A stretch of 64,000 bases of DNA, from assembly GCA_963977445.1 (NCBI GenBank), contig CAXBPH010000004.1, forward strand, positions 1,254 through 65,253. The letters are read 5' to 3'. Position numbers and translations under genes: made by a program. Within the stretch, counting starts at the first letter, position 1. Each line of letters starts with the position of its first letter. This DNA comes from an uncultured bacterium. Its GTDB lineage: Bacteria; Hydrogenedentota; Hydrogenedentia; Hydrogenedentales; JAEUWI01. This document shows positions 18,236 through 28,350 of the stretch, piece by piece. The notes below the pieces were generated by a model, which saw only the letters and a program-made list of their open reading frames with translations, was not told where the DNA came from and ran no database searches.

Positions 18236-20617
18236 GTGACAAATCTGGTAGGCGATATTCATAACAAAACGTTTCGATTCTGGGCCGGTGCAGGAAAAAT
18301 TGCGACCATCCTATACTTCGCAACTCTTTCCCATCCATCCCAGGCCGCCGAAGTATCCGAGACCGGTTCCACCGAGGCCTTTGCCCAGGCGTTGGTCGAC
18401 ACCCTGCCCGTGGAGGAGCCCTATGCCTACCACAAGCGGCTCAACGAAACGCCCGTCCACCAGCCCAGTCGCAATACCAACGCCCAGCCCACCGACGATG
18501 AAATGTCCCTCCCTGCGACGGGATGGACCCTCATCCGGCGGGGGGACAGCCCGGCCCTGGTGGAGCATGCCGTCGCTGACTTTCAGGATTATCTGAAACA
18601 CTCCATGAACGTGGAGATTCAGGTGGCGCAGAAAGAAAGCCTTGCCGACTGGCAGCAGTGGGAACAAGCTATCATCGTCGGCACGAAAGCGGATTTCCCA
18701 GAACGGGGCGCGTCGCTCACGGGCCCGAAGGACTATGAAATAACGGCAACGGCGACCCAGATTACGGTCTGTGGTTTTGATGATAAGGGGGCCCTGTTCG
18801 GTCTCTACAACCTGGAGGCCCGCATGAACCTTCGGGAGGCCCCTTACCTTCCCGCCGACCTGAATACGGTCCGCCACAGTCTCCACGAGACCCGCATGGT
18901 CCAATCGTGGATGGGCTGGATGGAGTTCCCCGACACCGTACTTTCGCACATGGCCCACGACGGGTTCGACGCGGTATTTGCCTCGGTGTATACCAACCCC
19001 AATGGCGACCGGACTACGGCGGAGAACTCTACCGACTTCTACGCCCGCCTCATGCGTCGCATTCGCCACCAGGATCCCGCCCGGGTGCGCAGTCTGATTG
19101 ACCGGGCCAAGGTGCAGGGTATCAAGGTCTATACCCCCATAATTTATCAATACACCGGCACCCCCGAGAGCGAAGCCGACCTCCGCCGTCTCGTGCGCGA
19201 GATTCTCACCGAGTTTCCCGATATTGCGGGTTATGTTCTGCTGACGGAAGGCTTCTGGTACAACAAGTGGGGTGGTGGACACGGCGCGAGCAAAGAATAC
19301 ATTGAAGACTGGGCGCGAAACTGGACCTATGCTGTCGGCGTGGTGGCAGAAGAGTGTCACAAGGTCAATCCCGATATCGAAATACTCCCGTGGGAATATA
19401 ATATCGATTTTCGTCCCTCCAACGTGGAGACCAAGCGCTATTTCATTCAGCAGCTTCCCGAAGGGACCACACCCCTCCTCACCTGGGAAAATGGTAAGAG
19501 TTTTGAGATAGACGGCATGGAAGGCCACCTTCGTGACTACGGCATCAACGTGGTGGGGCCCGCCGAAGTGACGGATGCTCAGATTGACGAAGCGCGAAGC
19601 CGTGGCATGAAGGTCTACTCCAATGCCCAGACCTTTTCTTGTGGTGCCCAATTGCAGACCGTGCCCTACAACCCCTTTCCGCAGCAGTGGCACGCCCGCT
19701 ATGAAAAGCTGGCGGAATATAAGATTGATGGCACCCTGGAGAGTTGGTCTTCGGGCTACAACCCGAGTTTTATGACTGAGCTCCGTTCCTGGTATTGCTG
19801 GAGCGAGGCACCGCCCCTTAATGACCTGCTCCTGAAGATCGCTGCCCGGGATTTCGGCGCGGAGCATGCCGCCGATGTGGTGAAGGCGTGGGATCTCTTC
19901 AGTCAGGCCGTTCGTCTGCTCCCCGATACGGGACCCTACATGGGCACCACCAATGCCATCGGCAACCCCATCTTCTTTGAAAAGCCCCCGGCGCGGACGG
20001 CCACCTTCAACTATTCCTGGATGGATCAGGGGCAGTGGTCCAGCTACCTGGGTGCCGAGGTGAATCCCTATTGGCCCTACACGGTGACCCGCCTCGTGTT
20101 CCTGCCCGATTTCAACAACAATTATAATGCCGCGGAAAATTACGCCCGGGGCGTATCCGGAATTGAAGCGCCTGGGGAAATCGCCGTGCTTCCCGTCTTC
20201 TTGAAATACCTCCGCAAAACCACCGACCTCCTTGGTGAAGGACTGGTGCTCTACCGCAATGCGGCCCTGGCAAGCCCCGAAGACAAGCGCGCCGACGCAA
20301 TGCGCGAAGTCATCGTGGCCGAGCAAATGCACCGCATGCTCCTGAGCAGCCAGGCCATCCTCGGTTTCGAGCAACTGCGCCTTGAATTGTCAGCGGAGCA
20401 GGATAGTGAGAAGGCAACCGCCATGTTGGCAACGATGGAAGGTCTGGTGCGGGAAGAAATCGCCCGCACCGAACGGGCCGTCATCGCCGTGGATCGGGAC
20501 TCGCGCCTTGGCTTCCAGTTTGAGTGCGATTATGTCTATACGAATTATTCGTTGAACGAAAAGCTCGACATTCTTCGTGACACCCTGGAGCGCCAACTGC
20601 CTGCCGCCGCCCGGTAG
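18236..20617 (+). CDS. secreted putative glycoside hydrolase: GH20-like zincin-fold N-terminal domain followed by a TIM-barrel-like domain
   Basis: Long ORF with protein-like composition. Track start is TTG 18173; GTG 18236 gives a plausible signal peptide (…KIATILYFATLSHPSQA|AE). Segment 'ITVCGFDDKGALFGLYNLEARMNL' resembles beta-hexosaminidase-type N-domains. Confidence 0.65.
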   Translation: MTNLVGDIHNKTFRFWAGAGKIATILYFATLSHPSQAAEVSETGSTEAFAQALVDTLPVEEPYAYHKRLNETPVHQPSRNTNAQPTDDEMSLPATGWTLIRRGDSPALVEHAVADFQDYLKHSMNVEIQVAQKESLADWQQWEQAIIVGTKADFPERGASLTGPKDYEITATATQITVCGFDDKGALFGLYNLEARMNLREAPYLPADLNTVRHSLHETRMVQSWMGWMEFPDTVLSHMAHDGFDAVFASVYTNPNGDRTTAENSTDFYARLMRRIRHQDPARVRSLIDRAKVQGIKVYTPIIYQYTGTPESEADLRRLVREILTEFPDIAGYVLLTEGFWYNKWGGGHGASKEYIEDWARNWTYAVGVVAEECHKVNPDIEILPWEYNIDFRPSNVETKRYFIQQLPEGTTPLLTWENGKSFEIDGMEGHLRDYGINVVGPAEVTDAQIDEARSRGMKVYSNAQTFSCGAQLQTVPYNPFPQQWHARYEKLAEYKIDGTLESWSSGYNPSFMTELRSWYCWSEAPPLNDLLLKIAARDFGAEHAADVVKAWDLFSQAVRLLPDTGPYMGTTNAIGNPIFFEKPPARTATFNYSWMDQGQWSSYLGAEVNPYWPYTVTRLVFLPDFNNNYNAAENYARGVSGIEAPGEIAVLPVFLKYLRKTTDLLGEGLVLYRNAALASPEDKRADAMREVIVAEQMHRMLLSSQAILGFEQLRLELSAEQDSEKATAMLATMEGLVREEIARTERAVIAVDRDSRLGFQFECDYVYTNYSLNEKLDILRDTLERQLPAAAR

Positions 20618-20729
20618 CGCATAGTTCGGGCCGCAGGCGTTCAAAAACAGGGAGGGCGTAGTTTCTTCTGGATCCTGTTTGTCTAACATTTAGTGTTTTA
20701 ATACTTAGACGAAAGTGTTATAATCAACC

Positions 20730-21668
20730 ATGGTCTATGAAGAACCTCGACATCCTATCAATTTTGTTGCCCAACGAACGGGCCTCTCTACCCACGTTAT
20801 TCGGGTTTGGGAGCGGCGTTACGCGGCAATTGTCCCCAAGCGGTCCGACACCAATCGACGTTTGTATAGCGACGCCGATGTGGACCGTTTGAAGCTGCTC
20901 AACCGCGTTAAGGCCCAGGGGCAGTCCATTCGGCTCATTGCCCAAATGCCCAATGACGAGTTGAAACGCATGTTGACGGAGGTCGATGGTGACAAGCTGA
21001 GTCCCGACGCCGCCCTGGGCCTGGGTGAGCATCAGGACGTATTGCAGGAGCTCTTTGGCACCTGCAAAGAGGCCGTGCTGGGCATGGATGAGGAACGTCT
21101 CGCGAGGACCCTTTTGAACGCTAGTGTGCGGCTCCCCTTATTGGTCTTACTCGACCAACTGGTTGGGCCCTTGATGACCTGGGTAGGGGACCGCTGGCAT
21201 GATGGTTCTATACGGGTGGCCCACGAGCACATGGCCTCGGCCGCGATTCGCAGTTTCCTGGGTCGCATTAAACCGATTCGCCATACCGGTGAGGGCGCAC
21301 CCTGCATCGTCATCGCAACCCTCTCCGGCCAGGATCACGAAATTGGCGCCCTTATGGCCGCCACGATAGCGGCCAACGAAGGGTGGCGTGATCTCTATCT
21401 CGGCCCCGATCTTCCGGCGCAGGAAATTGCGCTGGCGGCCATGGAAGCCAACGCCAAAGCGGTCGCTGTCAGTATCGTATCGCCGGGAAACAATCCGGCC
21501 GTGATTCACGAGTTTCGAACCCTCCGCAACATCCTCGAAGAGCGTGTGCCCTTGCTGGTAGGTGGTGGGGGCGTGGCGCAGAATCGTCTGCATTACGAGC
21601 TCGACCATGTTTTCTGCTGCGCAGACCTTGCGGAATTTCAGACCCAATTACTCCGCGAAAACAGCTGA
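20730..21668 (+). CDS. carH: CarH/LitR-type light-responsive transcriptional regulator (MerR HTH plus a cobalamin-binding domain)
   Basis: N-terminal MerR HTH (INFVAQRTGLSTHVIRVWERRY). B12-binding 'GQDHEIGALMAA…LYLGPDLP', near-identical to Thermus CarH 'GERHEIGAMLAA…LYLGPDTP'. The photoreceptor-specific W-x9-EH motif is present (W HDGSIRVAH EH). Confidence 0.8.
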   Translation: MVYEEPRHPINFVAQRTGLSTHVIRVWERRYAAIVPKRSDTNRRLYSDADVDRLKLLNRVKAQGQSIRLIAQMPNDELKRMLTEVDGDKLSPDAALGLGEHQDVLQELFGTCKEAVLGMDEERLARTLLNASVRLPLLVLLDQLVGPLMTWVGDRWHDGSIRVAHEHMASAAIRSFLGRIKPIRHTGEGAPCIVIATLSGQDHEIGALMAATIAANEGWRDLYLGPDLPAQEIALAAMEANAKAVAVSIVSPGNNPAVIHEFRTLRNILEERVPLLVGGGGVAQNRLHYELDHVFCCADLAEFQTQLLRENS

Positions 21669-21908
21669 CTTCCGCCTGAACTTAGCTTCTGCCGCGCACT
21701 CCGGAATTACTTCGAGACTCAACCGTGTCCATGCGGTGATATCGAGTGGATCGGCAAACGAGGGCGGCACCATGGCAGGCGGGTCGAAGACGCTTTCCAG
21801 CGCTTTCGCCCCCCACGGCTGTCTTGAGACCAAAACGCTACAAAACGCATTATTTGGGTTCCGTAGCCGTGAAAGCCGTATACTACGAAGCGAAATGGAG
21901 TATGTGTA

Positions 21909-22457
21909 GTGAATCGACAAGTAATTCTGGTGGACGAAAATGATACCCCTATCGGTGAAGCCGATAAACTATCGGTGCACCGCTCCGGGGAACTACACCG
22001 CGCCTTTTCCGTTTTTCTCTTTGATCGCGATGGTCGATGGCTCCTTCAGCAGCGCCATCCCGATAAATACCACTCGGGTGGGCTCTGGACGAATACGTGT
22101 TGCAGTCATCCGGAACCGGGTAAGTCCACGGACGCAGAGGCCCGATCGCGGTTGCGTATGGAGATGGGTATCGACACGGCCCTGGAGCCGTCCTTTCAAT
22201 TCCACTATCGTGCCGAATTAGACGGCACGCTAATTGAGCACGAACTCGATCATGTATTCCTCGGTCACTTTGACGGGGTTCCCATGCCCAACGGCGAAGA
22301 AGTATGCGACTGGCGATGGGTAGAGACGTCAGACCTGCTGGAAGAGCTGAAGCAGACACCCGCTGCCTTCACCTACTGGTTTCGCCTTGTAGTGCCCCGG
22401 GTAATTCGCGCCGTGGCCGACACGCAGAAACACGCTCCGTTGGAAGAGACGGGCTAA
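21909..22457 (+). CDS. idi: isopentenyl-diphosphate delta-isomerase, type 1 (Nudix)
   Basis: GTG start. 'HRAFSVFLF…NTCCSHP…E' is the type-1 IDI signature (catalytic Cys and Glu). Confidence 0.9.
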   Translation: MNRQVILVDENDTPIGEADKLSVHRSGELHRAFSVFLFDRDGRWLLQQRHPDKYHSGGLWTNTCCSHPEPGKSTDAEARSRLRMEMGIDTALEPSFQFHYRAELDGTLIEHELDHVFLGHFDGVPMPNGEEVCDWRWVETSDLLEELKQTPAAFTYWFRLVVPRVIRAVADTQKHAPLEETG

Positions 22458-22620
22458 GCGATTACCGCCCGCCACATCGCACCGGCCAAAGAGTAACATG
22501 CCGATTCCTGCGCGCCATAGTCTCACCCTGTTGTATTGTTTGGGTATGATTAGGACGCTGGTGTAGACTGTCCATCGAACCACTCTATGGGACATCAACA
22601 CTACCGAAAAAGGAATCATT

Positions 22621-24300
22621 ATGAAGGCAGAACTAATTCGCGGGGTGCGCAGTGGGGTGCTGGCTGTCGCACTGCTCGTCGGACTCTCGTCATGCTATCC
22701 CAACGTGCTTATTTCGCGGTTTCAACTCATCAACCAGACGCCCTTTGAGATTACATTCTTTGCGGTTGCTGATTCGGAAGCAGGGATTGCCACGGCCGAA
22801 AACAGCCTGACCTCGCCCCTCACCGCGAATGCCGTTGCCGATCTCGACGTAGACCGTCCCGGCGGCTATTGGCTCAAAGGCGTCGCCAATGCCAACGGCA
22901 AATCCATAGAATTTATCCGTGGTCCCATTTCCATGACCAATGGCATTGTCGGGTGGACGTGGGGCATGTCGGGCGACACGATTGTCGTGGGTACCGAGCC
23001 ATCCTCACTCTATGCATCGACGACCCTGCCCATCCTGGTCATCGACACCAACGCGACGGCCATTCCAGACGAACCTAAAATCGATGCCACCCTCTATGTC
23101 ATCGACAATGAAGATGCAGCGGTCAATAGGCCCTCCACGACCGACGTGACCTTCAGCACACGTATTGGTATCGAGCGACGTGGGTATTCCACCCAGACCT
23201 TTCCCAAGGCTTCCTGGGGCTTCGAATCACGGGATGAAAACAACGAAGATACCAATGTGGAACTTCTGGGCATGCCCAGCGAAGAAGATTGGGTGCTCTA
23301 CGGCCCCTGGATGGATCGGAGCCTGATTCGTAACGTGTTTGGTTACGAAATCTGGGGTGCTCTGGGGTGGTATGCACCGCGCACCCGCTTTTGTGAAGTC
23401 TATCTGCGCGACGACCCCGCAGCGAGTCTGACCGATTCCTACGAGGGGCTCTATGTGCTCACAGAAAAGATTAAACGTGATGGTGATCGCGTCGATATCA
23501 AGAAACTGGGACCAGATGACAATGCCGAGCCCGAAATTACGGGTGGCTATCTCATGGAAATGCGCGAGCCCGACCGCCTGGACCCCGATGAAGTGGCCAT
23601 CCCCATTTCGGATGGCTTTGTGCTCACCCCCGTTTCGCCCAACAGCGCCCAGATAACGACGGAGCAAGTCACGTGGTTTACCAACCACATCACCGCCTTT
23701 GAGACGGCCCTCTTTGGTGAAAATTTCCGCGACCCGGAAACGGGTTACGCCGCCTACATTGATGTGGATTCCTTTATTGAGTACATGTTGCTCCAGGAAT
23801 ACTTCAAGAACCGCGACGCCTTCCATTCCAGTACCTTTCTCTACAAAGACCGGGAAGATGTCATTCACATGGGGCCCATCTGGGATCTGAATATCGCCAT
23901 GGGTTATTTCAGTTTTCAGGGTTTGCAAGAGACCAGCGGCTGGTTGTTGACGGGAGAGCGGAGCCGGATTTCTCGGAGCCCCTGGACCGCGCGTCTGCTG
24001 GAAGACCCCGACTTTGCCCAGCGCTATGCCGACCGGTGGAGTACGCTGCGCGCCGAGTTGCTCTCCGTAGGCAAAGTAAACAATCGAATCGATGCCATCG
24101 TGGCCCAGTTGGACACGGCACAGGCCCGGCAGTTCATCCGGTGGCCATCCCTGGGCATGACCTTGCTCCCCGACTTCAAGTTTCTCATGTTCACCGGCCC
24201 CCATCCCGACTCGTATCAAGGTGAAATCGACTATCTCAAGAGCTGGCTCTACGAGCGGGCGAATTGGATGGATGCGAATATCGGATTACTGGTACCGTAG
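22621..24300 (+). CDS. CotH-family (atypical kinase fold) lipoprotein
   Basis: Lipobox LVGLSSC. Segment '…AYIDVDSFIEYMLLQEYFKNRDAFHSSTFLYKD…' is typical of the CotH family. AAGGA RBS. Confidence 0.7.
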   Translation: MKAELIRGVRSGVLAVALLVGLSSCYPNVLISRFQLINQTPFEITFFAVADSEAGIATAENSLTSPLTANAVADLDVDRPGGYWLKGVANANGKSIEFIRGPISMTNGIVGWTWGMSGDTIVVGTEPSSLYASTTLPILVIDTNATAIPDEPKIDATLYVIDNEDAAVNRPSTTDVTFSTRIGIERRGYSTQTFPKASWGFESRDENNEDTNVELLGMPSEEDWVLYGPWMDRSLIRNVFGYEIWGALGWYAPRTRFCEVYLRDDPAASLTDSYEGLYVLTEKIKRDGDRVDIKKLGPDDNAEPEITGGYLMEMREPDRLDPDEVAIPISDGFVLTPVSPNSAQITTEQVTWFTNHITAFETALFGENFRDPETGYAAYIDVDSFIEYMLLQEYFKNRDAFHSSTFLYKDREDVIHMGPIWDLNIAMGYFSFQGLQETSGWLLTGERSRISRSPWTARLLEDPDFAQRYADRWSTLRAELLSVGKVNNRIDAIVAQLDTAQARQFIRWPSLGMTLLPDFKFLMFTGPHPDSYQGEIDYLKSWLYERANWMDANIGLLVP

Positions 24301-24328
24301 TCACCCACGAACAAACAACGATGCTACA

Positions 24329-24360
24329 AACAGCGCCCGCCATATTGGTCGGGCGCTGTT
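24329..24360 (+). terminator. stem-loop downstream of cotH (11-bp perfect stem, 10-nt loop, weak U-tract)
   Basis: aacagcgcccg…cgggcgctgtt. Confidence 0.4.
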
Positions 24361-24653
24361 GCTATATGGGGCGCGTCAGGGCAATCGCATCAAATACGTC
24401 CGGTGGATTTCCTTTCCCCTTTGTTCAAGAGTAAGGACGCCGGGGTGCCTTGGGCGTCGGTGGCACCCAATTTCCTGGCTTCATGGGCGCCAACAAAGAC
24501 GGACTCCGCCAAAACAAACTGAACCCATCAATCGTGCCGCGCGATCTGGTACTCCAGTTCGTGCGAAGGGGCTGTGGGACGTCGTTGACCACGCCGTTGG
24601 CCCCGTCTATACTCGGATTGTAATGAAGACTTCACCAACAGGAAGGATGGACC

Positions 24654-25148
24654 ATGGATAAGAAAACCGCTCCCCATCATCGCCGGGCGTTCATGACCGG
24701 CACCATTGCCAGCCTCGCGGGCGGCACCGCTGCCCTCGCCGCGACGTCAACCCACGCCGCGACCGATACCGTCGTGCGGACGGGACTCGATCCCGATGGT
24801 GCGCCGGCAGACGATTCGGGATACACACCGGGAATCGTCGCCTCGGGTGGCCAGAAGGTGGTCTTCGTCTCGGGCCAGGGTCCGGAGGACTACGGTGCTG
24901 ACATGGAGACCCAGATGCGCCAGACCTTCGACCGAATCGGCCGCGTACTCGCCGAGGCCGGTGCGGGCTGGGAACATGTGGTTATCCTCCGCTCCTTTTT
25001 TGTGGACATCGCGCGGGACTTGCCTGCCTACCGCGCCGTACGCAAGGAATATCTCAAGAAGCCCTATCCCGCGTCGACCGCCGTGGGCACGCCAGCCCTG
25101 GCCATTCCCGGGCTGCAAATTGAGATCGAGGCCGTGGCCATCATCTGA
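24654..25148 (+). CDS. RidA/YjgF family protein with a Tat signal peptide
   Basis: RRAFMTGTIASLAGGTAALAATSTHA twin-arginine signal. YjgF-like core (…VFVSGQGPED…RIGRVL…). Confidence 0.8.
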   Translation: MDKKTAPHHRRAFMTGTIASLAGGTAALAATSTHAATDTVVRTGLDPDGAPADDSGYTPGIVASGGQKVVFVSGQGPEDYGADMETQMRQTFDRIGRVLAEAGAGWEHVVILRSFFVDIARDLPAYRAVRKEYLKKPYPASTAVGTPALAIPGLQIEIEAVAII

Positions 25149-25412
25149 AAAAGCGCTCCCAATGGTCAAAGACAGGTTTAAGCGATAGCGGCCAGGCCGC
25201 CGGTAGGTTGGCCTTTGGCACCGATGCAATTGGGGTTGCCGTACCGCTATAAAGTTTTGAGGGCCAACGGCCCGGCAATATACCAGCATAGGGCGAAGCC
25301 CTATGTCGTGGGCCGATTCATGCATAGAGGGCTGAAAGCCCGTCCCATAGTGCATTGTCGCAAGCCGTATTGGCATTCACCATGGATGGTTGTCGCGTAA
25401 AAGTAACTGGCC

Positions 25413-26651
25413 TCACGGGGCCTTCGCGGGTAACAGAAAGAGACGACCTTCACCGGCACCGAGAGACAGCTGTAGGCCCTCCATGGCCGGACTGTCGTCG
25501 ATGACGGGGTGCATTTCGCCCGACACCTGATCGACTTCAATGACCGATTCCAGGGGGGCATCAAAGGTAACCGTGGGCCACGCCGTGTAGGCAAAGCGGT
25601 AGTTGTTCAGCAGCACCGCACGTCGGCCGTCGTTGTGGGTAAAGGCACCGACAAGGTAGTCCATCGTGGGGTCGACATTGTCCCGGCTGATATCCGTTAT
25701 GGGCAGTCCGGCCAATTTCTCCGCAGGCACATCACCGGCATCTTCCGAAACCCGGACCACGGCATCACTTTTTAATTCCATGAGGGTAGGCCCCAGGTGC
25801 TTCAATGCGCTGTTAATGCGCTGGGCTTCGCCATAGTGTCGGGTCTGCCGTCCGTCCCGCTGAATGATGGCCCCGCCTTTCGGGAATTCTCCACCCGCCG
25901 GTGTGTAATAGCAAAAATACAACACGCCTTTGGCACCATAGGCCAGCGACGAGTAAATCTGCCACCGAAGTTGTCCTTCCGTGGGGTCGGTATGATTCCC
26001 ATAGGGCATGGTGTTGAAGTAATTCCAGAAGGGTACCCCGGCCGCCTGCGAATGGGTACGGAGGGTGGCCAGATTTTCACAATAGCCTTCTCGTCCGTCC
26101 CGCGTGGGGTGAAACACGGGATAGTGGTCCATAGACAGGATATCCGGGGCCACGACTTCCATAAACTGGCGCACATGCTCGTCGTAGGTTTCCGTGCCCA
26201 GCTGTTCGGCATCGGCATAATTGGGAAAGAGATTCATATACCGCAATTTACCTGGTCGTGCTGCCGCGATGGCATCGGCGGTGGCCCGCAGGTCGGGAAA
26301 ATCGGTAGCGCTGGGTTCGTCACGAATGGAATAGCCCCATACCGCCGGGCTGTCGGGCAAGTCGGCGGGATTCTGGCCACGCGCGGACGCGATGAGTTTA
26401 AGGTCGAGTTTTTCACACAGGGCAACTTGTTGTGCCACGTCGCCGTTGCCAAAGCCGCCGATGACCACCGTGAAATTCGCCGCCGCCAATTCTTCATAGC
26501 GGGCCTCCGCGTTTTTGTCCAAGGGAGGATCAACCCAAAGGCCGATAGCGAAGCGATCCTGCACAAAGCCGGAATCGTCCGCCGCGGAAGCGCCCGGGGA
26601 GAGCATGGCGAGGGACAGCAAAAGAACAGGAAGGAATTTGGGGTACAACAT
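25413..26651 (-). CDS. secreted TIM-barrel glycoside-hydrolase-like protein (family unknown)
   Basis: Internal ATG at 26651 gives the signal peptide MLYPKFLPVLLLSLAMLSPGASA. The body is protein-like. The track ORF (to 26801) has a non-protein-like N-terminus. Confidence 0.6.
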   Translation of the reverse strand: MLYPKFLPVLLLSLAMLSPGASAADDSGFVQDRFAIGLWVDPPLDKNAEARYEELAAANFTVVIGGFGNGDVAQQVALCEKLDLKLIASARGQNPADLPDSPAVWGYSIRDEPSATDFPDLRATADAIAAARPGKLRYMNLFPNYADAEQLGTETYDEHVRQFMEVVAPDILSMDHYPVFHPTRDGREGYCENLATLRTHSQAAGVPFWNYFNTMPYGNHTDPTEGQLRWQIYSSLAYGAKGVLYFCYYTPAGGEFPKGGAIIQRDGRQTRHYGEAQRINSALKHLGPTLMELKSDAVVRVSEDAGDVPAEKLAGLPITDISRDNVDPTMDYLVGAFTHNDGRRAVLLNNYRFAYTAWPTVTFDAPLESVIEVDQVSGEMHPVIDDSPAMEGLQLSLGAGEGRLFLLPAKAP

Positions 26652-26773
26652 AAGTAGATCCAATACGTGGTCAATTTGAAGTGGGAGCGCCGAAAACCGG
26701 GGCGTTCCTATGTAGATGGATGGAGAACTAAGAAGTTTCAGGGAGTAATGTAAAACAAAACGAAACGTCGGGG

Positions 26774-28072
26774 CTACGTTGTCGCCCGCAGGTCGAAACA
26801 ACGCAACTCCCGTTCATTGCGAATATAGAGCCGACCCTGGGCCAGAATGGGCGGTGTCCAGATACGGCGGCTGGAGGCCCGGACCCGCGCCTTTTCCACA
26901 TAGGCCTCGGGATTCACTTCCACGAGCGCGAGGCGGCCCCGTTCACCGAGGGCCACAAGATTGCCCTCTGCCATGAAGAAAGAGGCCCGTCCAAGACCTT
27001 CGTCGGCGGTCCATTTTATCTTTCCCGTTTCAAATTCGATGCAGCGGAAGTTGGAGCCCCGCTCGTGCCGTCCGTCCATGCCATAGAGGTAACCGTCGTG
27101 ATAGACACTGGTGGCCCAATGGCTCTGCATGGCCGAAACATCCCGCCAGACTTCTTTCAACCCGTCGGGGCCCAGTTGCAAGACCACAGCACCGATTTCA
27201 TAGGCCCCCGAAAGAAATACCTTATCACCCACCAGCACGGGCGTGGCGGCGATAGCCGATTCGTACGTCGTGGAGCGGAAGGGATAACTGTAGCGAATCA
27301 CGCCTGTCTTGGTTTCCAGCACCAACAAGCCATCGGCCGTATGAAAGATGATCATGCGGGTTCCATGGAGGGTGGCAACGATGGGGGTGGAATAACTGGC
27401 CTGGTCTTTACCGGCTTTCCATACGGTTTCACCCGTTGCCGCATTGAAGGCCACCACGCCCGCCCCATCGGGACCACCCACATTCAGGAAAACCAAACCA
27501 TCGTCGACTACGGGTGCGGTACCGGCACCAAAGAAGCCCGGGGGAACCTTAAAGTCGGCATTTACGGTGCGTTGCCAGCGCCGTTCGCCTGTTTCAACAT
27601 CGACGCAGGTAAGCACGCCTTCCGCCCCGAAAGCATAAACGCTGTTTCCGTCGATGCAGGGAGAGGAGCGTGGGCCGCCGTTGTAGCCGTAGCTATCCAC
27701 ATAGTGGGTCGGATAACCATGGCGCCAATGTTGTGTTTTTCCCGTTTCCGCATCGACGCACTCCAGCACTTCTTCATCTTCGACGCGGTGAAACACGACC
27801 AGCCGTTTGTTGGCCACCACAGGGGGGCCGTAGCCATCGCCCACTTCCCGTTCCCAAACGAGGGGCGGTCCGTCTTCCGGCCACTCCTTGAGGAGCCCGG
27901 TTTCCCGAGAGATATTATTACGCGTGGGCCCAAGAAAGACGGGCCAGTCTTCCCGCACCACGGCGGTGCTCTCGTCGCCCAAGGCGCCACGGGTCATCAG
28001 CGGTAGCAGAGCGGCCGCGCCCAGAAAAGTTCGACGGGATAGTTGGGGAGCCTCAAAAAAATTTGGAGTCAC
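26774..28072 (-). CDS. PQQ-like beta-propeller repeat protein (BamB/YxaL-like) with a Tat signal
   Basis: GTG start. SRRTFLGAAALLPL Tat signal. Repeated '…G.V.A.DA.TG..W…' propeller blades. Confidence 0.8.
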   Translation of the reverse strand: MTPNFFEAPQLSRRTFLGAAALLPLMTRGALGDESTAVVREDWPVFLGPTRNNISRETGLLKEWPEDGPPLVWEREVGDGYGPPVVANKRLVVFHRVEDEEVLECVDAETGKTQHWRHGYPTHYVDSYGYNGGPRSSPCIDGNSVYAFGAEGVLTCVDVETGERRWQRTVNADFKVPPGFFGAGTAPVVDDGLVFLNVGGPDGAGVVAFNAATGETVWKAGKDQASYSTPIVATLHGTRMIIFHTADGLLVLETKTGVIRYSYPFRSTTYESAIAATPVLVGDKVFLSGAYEIGAVVLQLGPDGLKEVWRDVSAMQSHWATSVYHDGYLYGMDGRHERGSNFRCIEFETGKIKWTADEGLGRASFFMAEGNLVALGERGRLALVEVNPEAYVEKARVRASSRRIWTPPILAQGRLYIRNERELRCFDLRATT

Positions 28073-28187
28073 GGGCTATGCCTTTCGCACGTGCGGGCCA
28101 GTGCCCGCCGTGGGGTTTGTGAAGTAGGATTCCGGGGCCTCATGGTACGGCGGATCGGACCAGAGGCGCAAGCCCAGCACCCACGTG

Positions 28188-28350
28188 GACAGTTTACGAT
28201 TGCGACGTGTCGTTCGGCGTGGCAATCGTGTTGTTCATCAATCGGTGATGGTACCCAGTAGTACCACGGGGACAGTTTTCGATTGCGACGTGTCGTGCAG
28301 CATGGTAATCGTGTCGTCGATCAATCGGTAACTGTACCCAGACCCCTAGT
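28188..28350. repeat. tandem direct repeat, 2 x ~83 bp. Each copy contains the inverted repeat CGATTGC…GCAATCG.
   Basis: Copy 1 gacagtttacgattgcgacgtgtcgttcggcgtggcaatcgtg…; copy 2 gacagttttcgattgcgacgtgtcgtgcagcatggtaatcgtg…. Intergenic, upstream of the PQQ-propeller gene. Confidence 0.6.
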
